Origin: Eledone cirrhosa
Taxonomy: Eukaryota
Length of the DNA stretch: 64,000 bases
NCBI GenBank assembly: GCA_964016885.1
Contig: OZ024744.1
Coordinates: forward strand, 95,728,001-95,792,000
Direction: 5' to 3'
Shown here: piece by piece, positions 1-12,501 of the stretch
How positions within the stretch are numbered: the first letter of the stretch is position 1
How the letters are laid out: each line of letters opens with the position of its first letter
Program-made: the position numbers and the translations under genes
The notes under the pieces: model-generated
The model's input: the letters and a program-made list of their open reading frames with translations, nothing else
What the model was told of the DNA's origin: nothing
Databases searched by the model: none

Positions 1-131
1 GATGATGATTGTGATGATGGAGGGGATGGTGATGATGATGATGATGATGATGATAGGGTTGCTACTGTCAATAGTGGTGATGATTATGCAGGTGATGATG
101 ATGATGTTAGGGTTGCTACTGTCAGTAGTGG

Positions 132-166
<35 letters not shown>

Positions 167-205
167 AAGGTTGCTACATTCAATAGTGGTGATAGTGATG
201 ATGGA

Positions 206-265
<60 letters not shown>
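1..265. repeat. (GAT)n microsatellite-rich tract
   Basis: Long GAT runs with a duplicated 'agggttgctactgtca' spacer. Confidence 0.9.
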
Positions 266-322
266 AAAAAGTAAAAAAAAAAAATAATAAATAAATAAAA
301 AAAAAGGTTCATAACTACTTAC

Positions 323-446
323 AACGGCCACTGCTGAAGATTTGAGCATTTCGTACGGTGACAACACACCAAGGTATGCGACATTTGCAATAAGATAGAC
401 AACAATGACGATGGTCATTGAAATGAAAATTGCCAGTGGTAGATTT
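323..446 (-). CDS. SLC7 transporter coding exon 5; gene continues left of window
   Basis: ttcttttcttccAG acceptor and GTAAGT donor; 124 nt; (R)[41 protein letters not shown], the TM7 region. Confidence 0.93.
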
Positions 447-479
447 CTGGAAGAAAAGAATACAAGTCATAGCTTAATA

Positions 480-821
480 TATGAGAATGGGCTGAAAAGT
501 TCATAGGTTGAATATGAAGGAGTGACGCTAGAGCTGTGAAATCTTACAGGCATTAATTTCAACTTTTCTTACAATAATAACTACATTGTTTCTTTCCAGG
601 CCAGGGACTATGTTGAAAAAGTAAACCTTATTTGGTCATTCCATGAGAGCCTATGAAGGAGTGATGCTAGAGCCGTGAAATCTTACATGCATTAATTTCA
701 ACTCTTCTTATTAATAACTGCATTGTTTCTTTCCAGGGATTATGTTGAAAAAATAAACCACATTCGGTCATTCCATGAGAGTATCTTGGTCAGCCTATAA
801 ACATTTCAGCCAGCTCTCATA
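480..821. mobile_element. Tc1/mariner-like MITE with an internal ~140-bp duplication
   Basis: Imperfect TIRs ta|tgagaatgggctgaaaagttcatagg ... cctataaacatttcagccagctctca|ta with TA flanks. Confidence 0.55.
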
Positions 822-874
822 CAATTTATTAAAACTTATTTTATTGTTATTATAAAAATAATAAAATAAGATGT

Positions 875-1085
875 GAATCGGCAGTATTGGTAGAGGGTTG
901 GATATCATGCTTTGCAGCATAGAGTTACGGCCCTTTACACTCATAGTTCAAATCCCACCAAGGTTAACTTTGCCTTTCATCCTTACAGGGTTGATAAAAT
1001 AAAGTACCAGTAACGCACTGGGGTCAATTTAACCGACTTTACCCCTTTCCCCAAAATTGTTTGTTTTGTGCCTAAATCCGAAACC
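875..1085 (+). mobile_element. tRNA-derived SINE, family B
   Basis: A/B-box-like head (gttcaaatccc) followed by gcctttcatccttacagggttgataaaataaagtaccag. Other copies at ~7062-7220 (-) and ~52434-52608 (-). Confidence 0.7.
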
Positions 1086-1229
1086 TTTCGCATTCGTCTG
1101 TCCATATTAGCATAGTTGGACAGGCTTTTTCTAGCATCCAACCCATGCTAGCATGGAAAAATGAATGTAAACATGATGATGACATTGCTCATATATTAGT
1201 ATTTAGACCACCACATGTTGCATTCATTA

Positions 1230-1650
1230 TCATCATCATCATCGTTTTAACACCTATTTATTATTTTTTTTTTTCGTGCTTATATGTGTTGGACAGGTCT
1301 TTTCCTACAGTTTCTCTCTACTTGCCACATTCCTTTGTTATTTCCTCTGTAAGGTTCAGCGCTTTGAGATCTATTTTCACCACTTCTGTCCTAATCTTCC
1401 TTCGTCTTCCTCTATTGCAATTTCCTTTCACTGACAACTCCTGATAATTCTCCACCCAACAACCAGCACCTAGTACCCATACCCAACACAGTCATCTCTC
1501 TTGCACACTATACCTGATTTCATATACTCATTATTTTTTCTCAAATCATCCATGCTTTGCACATTAACACCACACATTCATCAAAGCACGCTCTCTTCAT
1601 TTTTCTTTAGCCTTCCCATATCCTCTGCATTTATTACCCATGTTTCACTG
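1230..1650 (-). mobile_element. Degenerate RTE LINE 3' fragment
   Basis: Decayed similarity to the RTE C-terminus and (ATG)n tail of the other copies. Confidence 0.5.
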
Positions 1651-1874
1651 GCATATTTCTAATAAAACACATTGCATTATTAATAAAATATTGTCAGCCC
1701 TTGTGGCCAATAAATGAAATCATTATTAATAAAATATCCCAGCTCTTTACTTTCTGAGTTCTAATCCTGCCAAGGTCAACTTTATCATCTCTCTCGAAGT
1801 TAATGTAATCAACTTCCCCTTGCCTAAATTAGAAACAATTACCACTAATAAAACACACTGCACTACATTAACGC

Positions 1875-2305
1875 TTTCAAAAAGCACCCAGTCAACACTG
1901 TAAAATGGTTGTGTAGGTGTCACGACAGAAAGCGGCCAGGCCACACTATAAAGTGGCATGTACGTGCCATGACAAAAAGTGCCCAGGCCACACTATAAAG
2001 TGGTCATGTAGGTGTCACGACAAAAAGCGCTCAGTCCACACTGTAAAGTGGTCATTTTGGTGCCATGATAAAAAGCACCCAGTCCACACTTCAAAGTGGT
2101 TGTTTTGGTGCCATGATATAAAGCACCCAGTCCACACTGTAAATGTGGTTGGCATTAGGAAGGGCATCCAACCGTAGACACCAAACCAGAAACAGTTCTG
2201 TATGAGCAAGACATAGTCAGCTCATCTGGCTTGTCTCAGCACAGGACAACTCGTCTAACCCATGCTAGTGTGGAAAAATAGACGTAAAACGGTGATGATG
2301 ATGAC
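1875..2305 (+). mobile_element. RTE 3' UTR fragment with ~6 tandem ~43-45-bp units and (ATG)n tail
   Basis: Repeated ccacactgtaaagtgg...tgccatgataaaaagcacccagt units, then the shared ggaagggcatcca...cccatgctag tail. Confidence 0.75.
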
Positions 2306-2796
2306 CTTATTTCTAATAAAAGTCATTGTCAATAATTTTAATTAATTATGAAAATAATCAAGAATTTCAAAAGATTTAGTGAAATAATTAACTTTCTCAT
2401 TATTTGGAACACAACTTAACAAAGGATCCTACATAAAATTATGATTAAATTGACCAAGAGTATGTTACCGATACTTTATTTTATTGGCCTTGTAAGGATC
2501 ATCATCATCACCGTTTTACGTCCGTTCTTCCACGCTAGCATGGGTTAGACAGGTTGTCCTGTTGTGGGCAGTGTCTGGTCGGTTGGAAAAAGATGAGTAT
2601 TACGTAAATACTCATCTTTTTCCATTTCTTTCAGGGTCCTAAACCCCACTATTAGGCTAAAATTTCTTTAGTCAAAAATACGGCAAAATCTTCTATTTCT
2701 AATTATAAACACACACACATATAGATATATATAACTGAACTATAACTTAATATATATTATATATACAAGGGAAATTAAATGAAGCTTTTAACACAC

Positions 2797-2841
2797 CTGT
2801 TTGGGTTGATTAATTCACCAGTTAGAAAATTCAAGTAACTC
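2797..2841 (-). CDS. SLC7 transporter coding exon 4 (45-nt exon, not in ORF track)
   Basis: ttcttattctAG acceptor and GTGTGT donor; phase 2/2; (W)SYLNFLTGELINPN(R) fills the expected W-x-YLNF-x-T-x-E-x-x-NP gap between exons 3 and 5. Confidence 0.88.
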
Positions 2842-3106
2842 CTAGAATAAGAAAATATGTTAGATTGTAATTTTTTTTTATGTCAAGTCTCCCACTGCAA
2901 ACAACTAAAAAAAACCCCAAAAACAAAAAAAAAACAAAAAAAAACTCCACAATTCTAACAGAAATCCATTTTGTTTCATCTAAGTCTTGTCCACTTGCTA
3001 ATAACTATCTTTCTATTCTCCATCTCTTATCTACTTGGCCATCTAATACTTGTTTTCTTGTCTTGCTTTCTAAACCTTGGCTTGAAGCCAGCAGAATTTC
3101 CTTTTG

Positions 3107-3567
3107 TGTCCAGTCCAATTGACTGAAGTAATACATCTGTTTACTCCTATGTCCAGTCCAATTGACTGAAGTAATACATCTGTTTACCCCTATGTCCAGT
3201 CCAATTGACTGAAGTAATACATCTGTTTACTCCTATGCCCAGTCCAATTGTCTAAAGTAATACATCTGTTTACTCCTATGTCCAGTCCAATTGACTGAAG
3301 TAATACATCTGTTTACCCCTATGTCCAGTCCAATTGACTGAAGTAATATATCTGTTTACTCCTATGTCCAGTCCAATTGACTGAAGTAATACATCTGTTT
3401 ACTCCTATGTCCAGTCCAATTGACTGAAGTAATACATCTGTTTACCCCTATGTCCAGTCCAATTGACTGAAGTAATACATCTGTTTACTCCTATGTCCAG
3501 TCCAATTGACTGAAGTAATACATCTGTTTACCCCTATGTCCAGTCCAATTGTCTGAAGTAATACATC
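3107..3567. repeat. 43-bp tandem repeat (~11 copies); resumes in diverged form at 4057-4205
   Basis: Unit tgtccagtccaattgactgaagtaatacatctgtttac(t/c)ccta; period 43 (3108 to 3151). Confidence 0.95.
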
Positions 3568-4056
3568 TGTAGCAACGTGGTTAGTCAGTCTGGTCACTAC
3601 TTCCGATCAGATCCGAGAATAGCCCTTAAAAGGACTGCTATCGCATACGGTCTGTCTGATCGTATCTGAAGATAGCCTTTAAAAGAACTGTTGTCACATA
3701 CGGTAAGGATGAACAGACGAAAGCACAAGTTGAAAGGACAAAGCAAGGCGAGAGATGTAACTTCGATCAGCTATTTATTTTCACATGAAGCGACGATACA
3801 AGGTACAAGGCGTGTGTGAGTGACAAGCGTGGCAGAGGAGAGGAACAACAATACGTGAGTTGACTCTGCCAAATGTCGACTGGCGAAAGTGTTTGAGACC
3901 ACTCTATTTATACAGAAATAATCGTTTGATGTTTAGCCGCTGCGTAGGCGTTTATTCTTATGGTTTCTAAGGATTGTTTTGTTTCACGTTGAGGTAGCTA
4001 GCTAACAGGTAGGTGGCGCTGTATATTTCACAGATGTTATTTCCAGTGGCTGTACA
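3568..4056 (-). mobile_element. Solo LTR inserted into the minisatellite
   Basis: TGTA...TACA termini with 4-bp TSD CATC (3564-3567 and 4057-4060); minus-strand TATAAATAG (~3904-3912) and AATAAA (~3774-3779). Confidence 0.8.
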
Positions 4057-4208
4057 CATCTGCTTACCCCTATGTCCAGTCCAAATGGTAGTAATACATT
4101 TGTTTACCCCTATGTCCAGTACATGTGGTAGTAATACATCTGTTTACCCCTATGTCCAGTACATGTGGTAGTAATACATCTGTTTATCCCTATGTCCAGT
4201 CCAAGTAG

Positions 4209-6010
4209 TCATCACCATCACCATCATCATCATCATCGTTTAACGTCCATCTTCCACGCTTGCATGGGTTTGGACGGGAGTTTTCCCACTTGAGGCAAGA
4301 GTGGTTGTCCTGCTCGCATAGGACTGTCTGGCGGGTTTTCTACGGCTGGATGCCCTTCCTAACACCAACCACGTTTACAGTGTGGGACTGGGAGGTTTTT
4401 ACCGTGTTACCTACACGGCCACATTACAGAGTGGACTGTGTGTTTTTTTTTGTCGTGACACCTACACGACCTCATTTGTTTCGGGCTGGATGTTGTGGCA
4501 CCAACATAACTTTACATTGAAAGGGGCGGTGTGGATGGGGTGGGGGTGGTGGGACGGGGGGTGTATTTTGTTAGAGGTGCCTACTGACTGTAGTAGGTTT
4601 TACTTTGTACTTAGGCAAGGCGGGTCTTCTCTATTACTGAGTAGCGCCAGTGACATTGTCTTGGAGAGGTGTAAGTGTGTGAGGTCGGAATTTATCAAGT
4701 CGTCCCAGGTTTTTCTGGGTCTGCCTACTCCGTGGCTACCGTCTATTTTTATTGCCCTGCACTTTTTTATACAGCTGTCGTCTTTCATGCGCATCACGTG
4801 ACCATACCAACGTAGTCTTCTCTCGAGTAAACAACATCTGATCCCTCTTATTTCTAATTTTTCCCTTAGTTCGTTTATGCTTTGCCGTTCACGTATATTA
4901 CTATGACACATCCAGTGGAGCATGCAAGCTTCGTTCCTCTCTAGTCTGCGTATATCCTCTGCACACAATGCCCAGGTCTCACTGCCATGTAACATTGCTG
5001 TTCGTATGCAGGCATCATACAGCCTGCCTTTCATTTTTAGAGAGAACCCTTTAGCGGCTAATAGTGGTATAAGCTCTCTGAACTTTTTCCATCCAGTTCT
5101 GACTCTAGCTACTGTACTTTCAGAGCACCCCCCTCCACTGCTGATTTTGTCACCCAGGTAATGGAAGGTGTCCACTATTTCTATAGAACCATCTGTGCAA
5201 TTGAAAGAGCTAGTATTCTGTGGGCACTTGCTGCTACTTATTGCACCAGAGCACCGGCCACATGTGAAATCTATGTTCTTAGTTAGCTTACCTGTGATCC
5301 CACTACATCTTTTATGCACCCATACTTTGCATTTGGGACATAAAATGGAGTTTCTACCTACTCCTTTCCTACACACTGAGCATGACCATTTCCCGGAAGG
5401 GACCGGTGCCCTATTTTCCTTCCTACAAACTAGAACTTTAGTCTTAGACAGGTTAATTTTAAGGCTTTTTGATTCTAGGCTATGCTTCCATGTTTGGAAT
5501 TTCTTCTCTAGTTCAGCCATTGATTCAGCTAAGAGTGTTAGATCATCTGCATATAGGAGTTCCCATGGGCAGCCGGTCTTGAACTCCTCTGTCATAGCCT
5601 GAAGGGCAATAATAAATAGTAGGGGGCTAAGAACGGAGCCCTGATGAACACCAACTTTTACGCTAAACTCTTCACTATATTCGTTGTTAATTCTAACCTT
5701 GCTGACTGTTTCTTTATACATGGCTTGTATAGTTCTCACAAGCCATTCATCAAGACCTAGTTTTCTAAGAGCCCACCAGATAATGGAATGGGGGACTCTG
5801 TCGAAGGCTTTCTCCAAGTCGACAAAAGCTAAGTATAGGGGTTTACTTTTAGCTAGGTACTTCTCCTGTAGTTATCGTACAATGAAAAGAGCGTCTGTGG
5901 TACTTTTGCCTGACACAAACCCGAACTGCATTTCATCTAGATCAATTCTCTCTCTGATTAGTTGCGTTATTACTTTTTCTGTGACCTTCATGACCTGGTC
6001 GATTAATTTA
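4209..6010 (-). mobile_element. 5'-truncated RTE LINE with PHD-containing RT (ORF 4600-5817)
   Basis: DLEKAFDRVP, GVHQGSVLSPLLF, LLYADD, FHYLG; (ATG)n tail; near-identical to the 22790-24305 part of another copy. Confidence 0.93.
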
Positions 6011-6907
6011 GTAGTAATAATATATCTATTTGTCCGTGCAGCTACTGATCCCAGACAGACTGTAGGTTCACATTGTTTTTACCTACAGTTCCACATTCTA
6101 CCAAGTGTATGACACTAGCACTATGGAGGTTGTCATGCCTTTGGCACAACCCAAGGGTCTTCCCAATCCTTTGTTTGCCAAGCTTTCTATGGCTGGATGC
6201 CCTTCTTATTACCAACCACTTTACAACATATATAGGCTTTTTTATCGTGTAGATCACCAACACCAGGTGGCATCTGTTTATCCCTGTGCTCTGTATAGAA
6301 CTTCAAGTACAACAACTAACTAATAACAAAAATCCTTTCTTTTTCTGGGCAGATTTACAACTAAAACCTAGTTTTTTAATTGAAATGTGAGTAGATATAC
6401 TTAAGAAAATTTATAGTGGACAGATCGTTGTAACAATTTGCAGTATTAGAATTAAGACTCATTTTTAATGTGATGCAATCATAGTGCTCTTTTGTACTTT
6501 TCAAGTATGTCTTGCTAATGTGGTTTCATGTGGTACAGGACACTACGAGTTAAACATTAAACATATAAGAACCACATTGTCAACCAATGTTTCCTTTTTC
6601 ACAAACAGAGTACTGAGGACTGAACCAATATGTTCTATTTCCCATACAGGGTACTTAGGGCTATCTTAACCAATATGTCCTTTTTCACATACAATGAAAT
6701 TTAGCTGCTATTTGTAGCAGGTTGAGCAACTATGTGAAAGCTCCCTTGTCAATGGATTTATTATGGTTAAGATCCAAATAGGCACCAAGAACCCCAGAAG
6801 TCTCCTTACTATCTTATACTTCTTTCATCACTTCAATGAACACACAACTTAAGCAGCTCTGTCAAACAAAGCAACCTGAACTAAATAAAGCAGCAGCTAA
6901 AATTCCC

Positions 6908-7225
6908 TTAACCCTTTAGCATTTAAACCAGCTGTATCCCGCCAGAATTCTCTCACCTCTTTCTGTTCAAAACCAGCCATAACCGGCTGATATTAAGGCA
7001 GTTTTCCTGTATTTAAGGTATATCATCCTGATATTAAGGTATTTTTCTCAAAATAAATAATTGTTTCTACATTTGGCACAATTACCCAGTACATTACTGG
7101 TACTTTATTTTATTGACCCTGTAAGGATGAAAAGCAAAGTTAACCTCGGCGGGATTTGAACTCAAACTGTAAAGGGCTGTAACTATGCTGCAAAGCACGT
7201 TGTCTGACCCTCTACCATTCAATAT
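6908..7225. mobile_element. Partial TTAA piggyBac-like MITE carrying a family-B SINE
   Basis: TTAA|CCCTTTAGCATTTA end; SINE joins at caaaataaataa. Confidence 0.65.
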
Positions 7226-7489
7226 TATGTGAGATGAAGTATTTACCAGGAAAATACAATAGTAAATCATAATATAATAAAGGGAGGAGTGCGGGACTGT
7301 GTCCTGAATATAGTTTTTTATCCCGTTAGTAAAATAAGTTGAATTACTTTGAATAAATAATGAATGAATATTACAATTTATCTACTAAATTTCGTAGCTG
7401 TTGATTAAACGTAAATATTCTTATTGCTTATTTTAAGATTCACTTCTTTTAAAATTTTTCAAATTGTCAATACTTCCAGTTATGATATA

Positions 7490-8795
7490 ACAGATGGCCT
7501 CTTCTCGTGGAGGCAACTACAAGAGAAGTTCTTAGAGAAGAATAAGCCACTATACTTTGCTTTTGTTTGTTGACCTAGAGAAGGCCTTTGATAGGGTACC
7601 CCGATCTGTCATCTGGTGGTCTCTAAGGAAACCAGGTGTTGGCTTGTGAGGACAGTGCAAGCTAAGTACAGGGGTGCTGTCAGTAAAGTGAGAGTAGGCA
7701 TGGAGTTTAGTGAGGAATTCCAGATACAAGTAGGTGCACATCATGGTTCGGTCCTCAGACCGCTCTTGTTCATTATAATCCTCCAAGCCACAACAGGAAT
7801 TTAAGACTGGATGCCCATGGGAACTTCTCTATGCTGATGATCTTGTTCTTATAGCAGAATCAGTAGAGGAGCTAGAGAATAAATTCTGGCTATGGAAACA
7901 GCAGTTGGAATCAAGAGGTCTGAGAGTGAATATAGCTAAGACAAAAGTGTTGATAAGTAGAAGAGAGGACAATACTCTGATTCCATCGGGGAAATGGCCA
8001 TGTTCGATATGTAGGAAAGGAACTGGCATAAATTCCATAAAATGTATGCAATGCAGTTCTTAGGTACACAAGAGATGTAGTGGGATAGCAGGCAAACTAA
8101 CAGGTAGGGAGAAATATGTATGCAGTAGATGTACAGGGAAAGTTGGCAGTATTAATCGCAGCGATAGACACATTTTTCCAATGCAGGTGGGGTCTATAGA
8201 AGAGGTTGATAGCTTCCGGTACCTAGGAGATCAGATTAGCATGGGAGGGGGGTGTTCCGAGGCCATAGTATCTAGAATAAGGACAGGTTGGAAGAAGTTT
8301 AGGGAGCTGCTTCCTCTGTTGACAAAGAAGGGTTTCTCCCTGCGTATGAAAGGACAGTTATATGATGCCTGTGTGAGACGCGCAATGCTGCATGGTAGTG
8401 AGACATGGGCAGCAACTGCAGAGGATATGCGACGGCTGGAGAGAAATGAAGCAAGTATGCTCCGTTGGATGTGCAATGTCAATGTGTGTGAACGACCAAA
8501 CATAGACGAGTTGAGAAAGAAACTGGGTATAAGAGGGATAAGTTGTGGTGTGCAGGAGAGAAGGCTGAGATGGTATGGACATGTGATGCGCATGGAGGAT
8601 GACCGCTGGGTAAAGAAGTGCCAAGAAATCCCAGTGGAAGGAGGATGCAGTAGAGGAAGACCACGAAAAACATGGGCGGAGGTGGTGAGAGCAGACCGAG
8701 ATCGCTGAAACTCACCGAGGAGATGACGAAGGACCGTGACAAATGGAGAGATGCTGTGCAAGCAGGGAAAAGTGGACGTAAAATGATGATGATGA
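7490..8795 (+). mobile_element. Truncated, disrupted RTE LINE (same subfamily as 42370-44105)
   Basis: RT motifs including YADD, PHD finger, ORF 8181-8708, (ATG)n tail. Confidence 0.9.
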
Positions 8796-9200
8796 TATAT
8801 TAATTGCTTATATAAATGTTCATATATTTGCATCGTTATATAATGTTTAAATTCCTGTCGCTAATTTTCTCCTTTTTCGTTTTTATATTTCACCATAATG
8901 CAGTTTATATATAATATCGTCTTTTTTTTAATGCATCATGGATTACTTTACTGATTACAGAAGAGAGTGTAACACAGCCTCTCTTCAATTTCTGTGTATA
9001 TTGTCAATTACAATTTTATTTGATGTATTATATCTACATGTATATATACTTGTGTATAATATCAATATACACACTACACATGCTAGCAGAAAACCACTGG
9101 AGTATAGAGTAATGTAAATGGTAAAGGGTTACACTACTTTTTAAAAAAATTCAAGGAAAATTATTTTAATATGCAGACCATACAGAAAGCTAATACTTAC

Positions 9201-9300
9201 CAACCACTGTAAGCCCAAAAGCCAGAATAAAATGACATTGCGACTGGACCGATTCGAAAGTCTGATCCAATAAATGTGTCTTTAAGGTTTTCATTTGAGC
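9201..9300 (-). CDS. SLC7 transporter coding exon 3 (not in ORF track)
   Basis: cttaccAG acceptor and GTAAGT donor; 100 nt, phase 1/2; (G)SNENLKDTFIGSDFRIGPVAMSFYSGFWAYSG(W), the TM6 region. Confidence 0.92.
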
Positions 9301-9769
9301 CTGGTAAGATTAGAAAACGTTATATAAGAATTATATAAGGAGAAAGTTACTACCAATGCATAAAAAATACCAACATATATTTGAAATAAATTCTAGTATA
9401 TCAGGAAAAAAAAAATATGAAAATGTTTATATAGGGTGTATCAAAAAGAATCATCCGATTTTGTTTACAATTATTACAAATACTCAAAGAATAAAACTTT
9501 ATATTCAGACATATATATTGTACAAGTTACCATATGATTATATATATATATATATTATATGCATGCATGGTCCTATAACTCCTATGGAGCCACAGGGGTG
9601 CTGTATTAACATATGGTGTTCTAGGGCATTTTTAACACCTGGCAGAGCCCATCTCCCCTCCAGATCTGAATACAGCAGATTTCTTCCAAAGAAGGATACG
9701 CAGAGTAAGAGAATGGAAGTGAGAAATAGATATAAAGGAAGAATTGACCCCAGTGCTAGACTCATCATC

Positions 9770-10102
9770 ATCATTCATCATTTCATTTTACGTCCGCTTT
9801 TTCCCTGCTTGCAAGGGTGAGACGGGAACTGATTCTGGCTAGATTTCTACAGCTGGATGCCCTTCCTAACACCAACCTCATTTACAGTGAGTGCTGGGTG
9901 CTTTTTTGCCGTGGCACCTCCACAACCACTTTGCAGTGGAATGATATGGACCCCAGTCCCTATCATCTCATTTCTACAGCTGAGTAAACTGGAGCAATGT
10001 GAAATAAAGTGTCTTGCTCAAGGAAACAACACATCACCCGGTCTGAGAATTGAACTCACATCCTTTCGATTGCAAGGCCAATGCTCTAACCACTAAGCCA
10101 TG
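9770..10102 (-). mobile_element. tRNA-head, CORE-like SINE with RTE-derived 3' tail (family A)
   Basis: Reverse complement of the 45671-46012 copy. Confidence 0.85.
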
Positions 10103-10362
10103 TTTCCTTGAGCAAGACACTTTATTTCACATTGCTCCAGTTTACTCAGCTGTAGAAATGAGATGATAGGACTGGGGTCCCTATCATTCCACTGCAAAAT
10201 GGTCGTGGAGGTGCCACGGCAAAAAAGCACCCAGCACTCACTGTAAATGAGGTTGGTATTAGGAAGGGCATCCAGCTGTAGAAATCAAACCAGAATCAGT
10301 TCTCGTCCCATCCTTGCAAGCAGGGAAAAGCAGACATAAAATGATGATGATGATGATGATGA
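10101..10362 (+). mobile_element. 5'-truncated family-A SINE, inverted against its neighbour
   Basis: Begins at tgtttccttgagcaagacac; ends in (ATG)n. Confidence 0.85.
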
Positions 10363-10379
10363 TATGTAAACACACACAT

Positions 10380-11450
10380 ATATCATCACCATCATCATTG
10401 ATTTTACGACTGCTTTTCCACACATGCATGGGTTGGATTGGTCCTTCTCAGCACAGCATCTCTCCACACGTTGCGATCCTTTGTCATCTCCTCTGCGAGT
10501 CTCAGTGATTTGAGGTCAGCTCTCACAACCTCTGCCCAGGTCTTTCTTGGTCTACCTTTACTGTGACTTCCTTCCACTGGCATTTCCTAGCATGTCTTCA
10601 CCAAATGATCATTGCCCATGCACATCACATGTCCAAACCAATGCAGTCTTTTCTCCTGCACACAACCTCAAAATCCTCTTAAACCCAGCTTCTCTTTCAA
10701 TTTGTCCAAGCTCTGCTTCTCACATTTACATTGCACATCCAACGGAACATGGCTGCCTCATTTCTCTCCTGTCTACTCATGTCCTCTGCAGTCACTGCTA
10801 GTGTTTTACTACTATGCAGCATTGCACTTCACACACAGGTGCTATACAGTCATTCTTTTGTATGCAGGGAGAAACCTTTTGTGGTCAACAGTGGAAGTAG
10901 CACTCTGAACTTTTTCCATCCTATCCTTATTCGAGCTATTATGCTCTCCGAGCACTCTCCTCCATCGCTAATTATGTTGCCTAGATAGCAGAAGCTATCA
11001 ACCACTTCTATGGACCCTTCCTGTGACTTGAAATGGTTTATATCCCCTCAGTTACTCATGCATCCTCTACAAGCAAAGTCTTCCCTTTTTCCGTTAACTT
11101 ACTTATTATCCGACTACATTTCAAGATTTATATTGTGTACATAGTATGGAGTTTATGCCTATTCCCTTTCTACATATTGAGCAGGATCACTTCCCTGAAG
11201 GACTCAGGGTCCCATCTTCTTTCCTATTCATTAGCACTTTAGTTTTGGCTAAGTTTACTTTAGGCCCTTTGATTCTAAATTCTGTTTCCATAGTCAGAAC
11301 TTATGTTCTAGGTCTTTAATGCATTCAGCTAAAAGGACCAGACATCTACATAGAGAAGTTCCCATGGGCAGCCAGTCTTAAACTCCTCAGCTATAGCCGG
11401 GAGGACTATAATGAATAGTAGTGGGCTAAGAATCGAAAACCTTGATGAAC
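10380..11450 (-). mobile_element. Degenerate RTE LINE 3' part
   Basis: Minus-strand GCPWELLY, PHD remnants, FCYLG and RLHW motifs, with stops and frameshifts. Confidence 0.8.
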
Positions 11451-12083
11451 TACGTGTACCATATTTATTCCTATTACACATTCCACAATAGCATCTATCT
11501 TAGCTTGTTGCCTATTTTCACATTTAACATAGCAATTAAAATTCAGATAAGTTGATTGTTTTTCATTATTCATATATTTTCATATTATTACCATCACGAT
11601 GTTAAATTTCATATTTATTCCTATTACATATTAATTATTATATTTAACGGGCAAATTAGCCCACTCTAACTTTCCATGATAGCATCTCCGCTATCCATCA
11701 TAGGCTGGCTCACTATTTGGCTGACACGACCCCCCCCACCTCCCCTGAAAATTAAGGTTGTGATCCACAGAGCAGATTAAAAATGACGGCAAGAGGTAGA
11801 CGAGGGCCCTGTAAGCCGTAGTGAAGGCAACCGATCTAGAAGAGCAGATACTCCTAATAAGAACTAACACAGGGTGGAGAGGACTCTTGAGTTCAATAGG
11901 ACAAACTCTCTAGTGTTGGTGGCATGAATAATACATCCAGTACACACTGTAAGGTGATTGGTGATAGGAAAGGCATCCAGCCAAAAAGTATATACAGTAC
12001 GACAAATACACACATATTATCATCATTGTTTTTACGCCCATTTTTCCACACTTGCATAGGTTGGACATATGTCTGTCTGTCTG

Positions 12084-12129
<46 letters not shown>

Positions 12130-12131
<2 letters not shown>

Positions 12132-12465
12132 CATCATCATTTTACGTCGCTTTTCCCAGCTTGCAAGGGTGGGACAGGAACTGATTCTGGTTTGATTTCT
12201 ACAGCTGGAAGCTCTTCCTAACACCAACCTCATTTGCAGTGAGTGCTGGGTGCTTTTTTGCCGTGGCACCACAACGACCACTTTGCAGTGGAATGATATG
12301 GACCTATCATCCCTATCATCTCATTTCTACAGCTGAGTAAACTGGAACATTGTTAAATAAAGTGTCTTGCTCAAGGAAACAACACATCACCCGGTCTGAG
12401 AATTGATCTCACAACCTTTCGATTGCAAGGCCAATGCTCTAACCACTAAGCCATGTGCCTCCATA
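12130..12465 (-). mobile_element. Family-A SINE
   Basis: Full head-to-tail match to the 45671-46012 copy. Confidence 0.85.
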
Positions 12466-12468
12466 GGC

Positions 12469-12501
<33 letters not shown>

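Noticed and set aside
3107-3567. Regular repeats superficially like a CRISPR array (also 30229-31493)
   Set aside because: Head-to-tail units without unique spacers, eukaryotic context and no cas genes.
5168-5602. Long ORFs antisense to RTE/CR1 coding regions
   Set aside because: Shadow frames of the LINE ORFs with no independent motifs.
8945-9010. ctgatta-cagaa...ttctg hammerhead-like remnant
   Set aside because: Both core boxes are mutated and there is no GAAA or convincing stem I/III.
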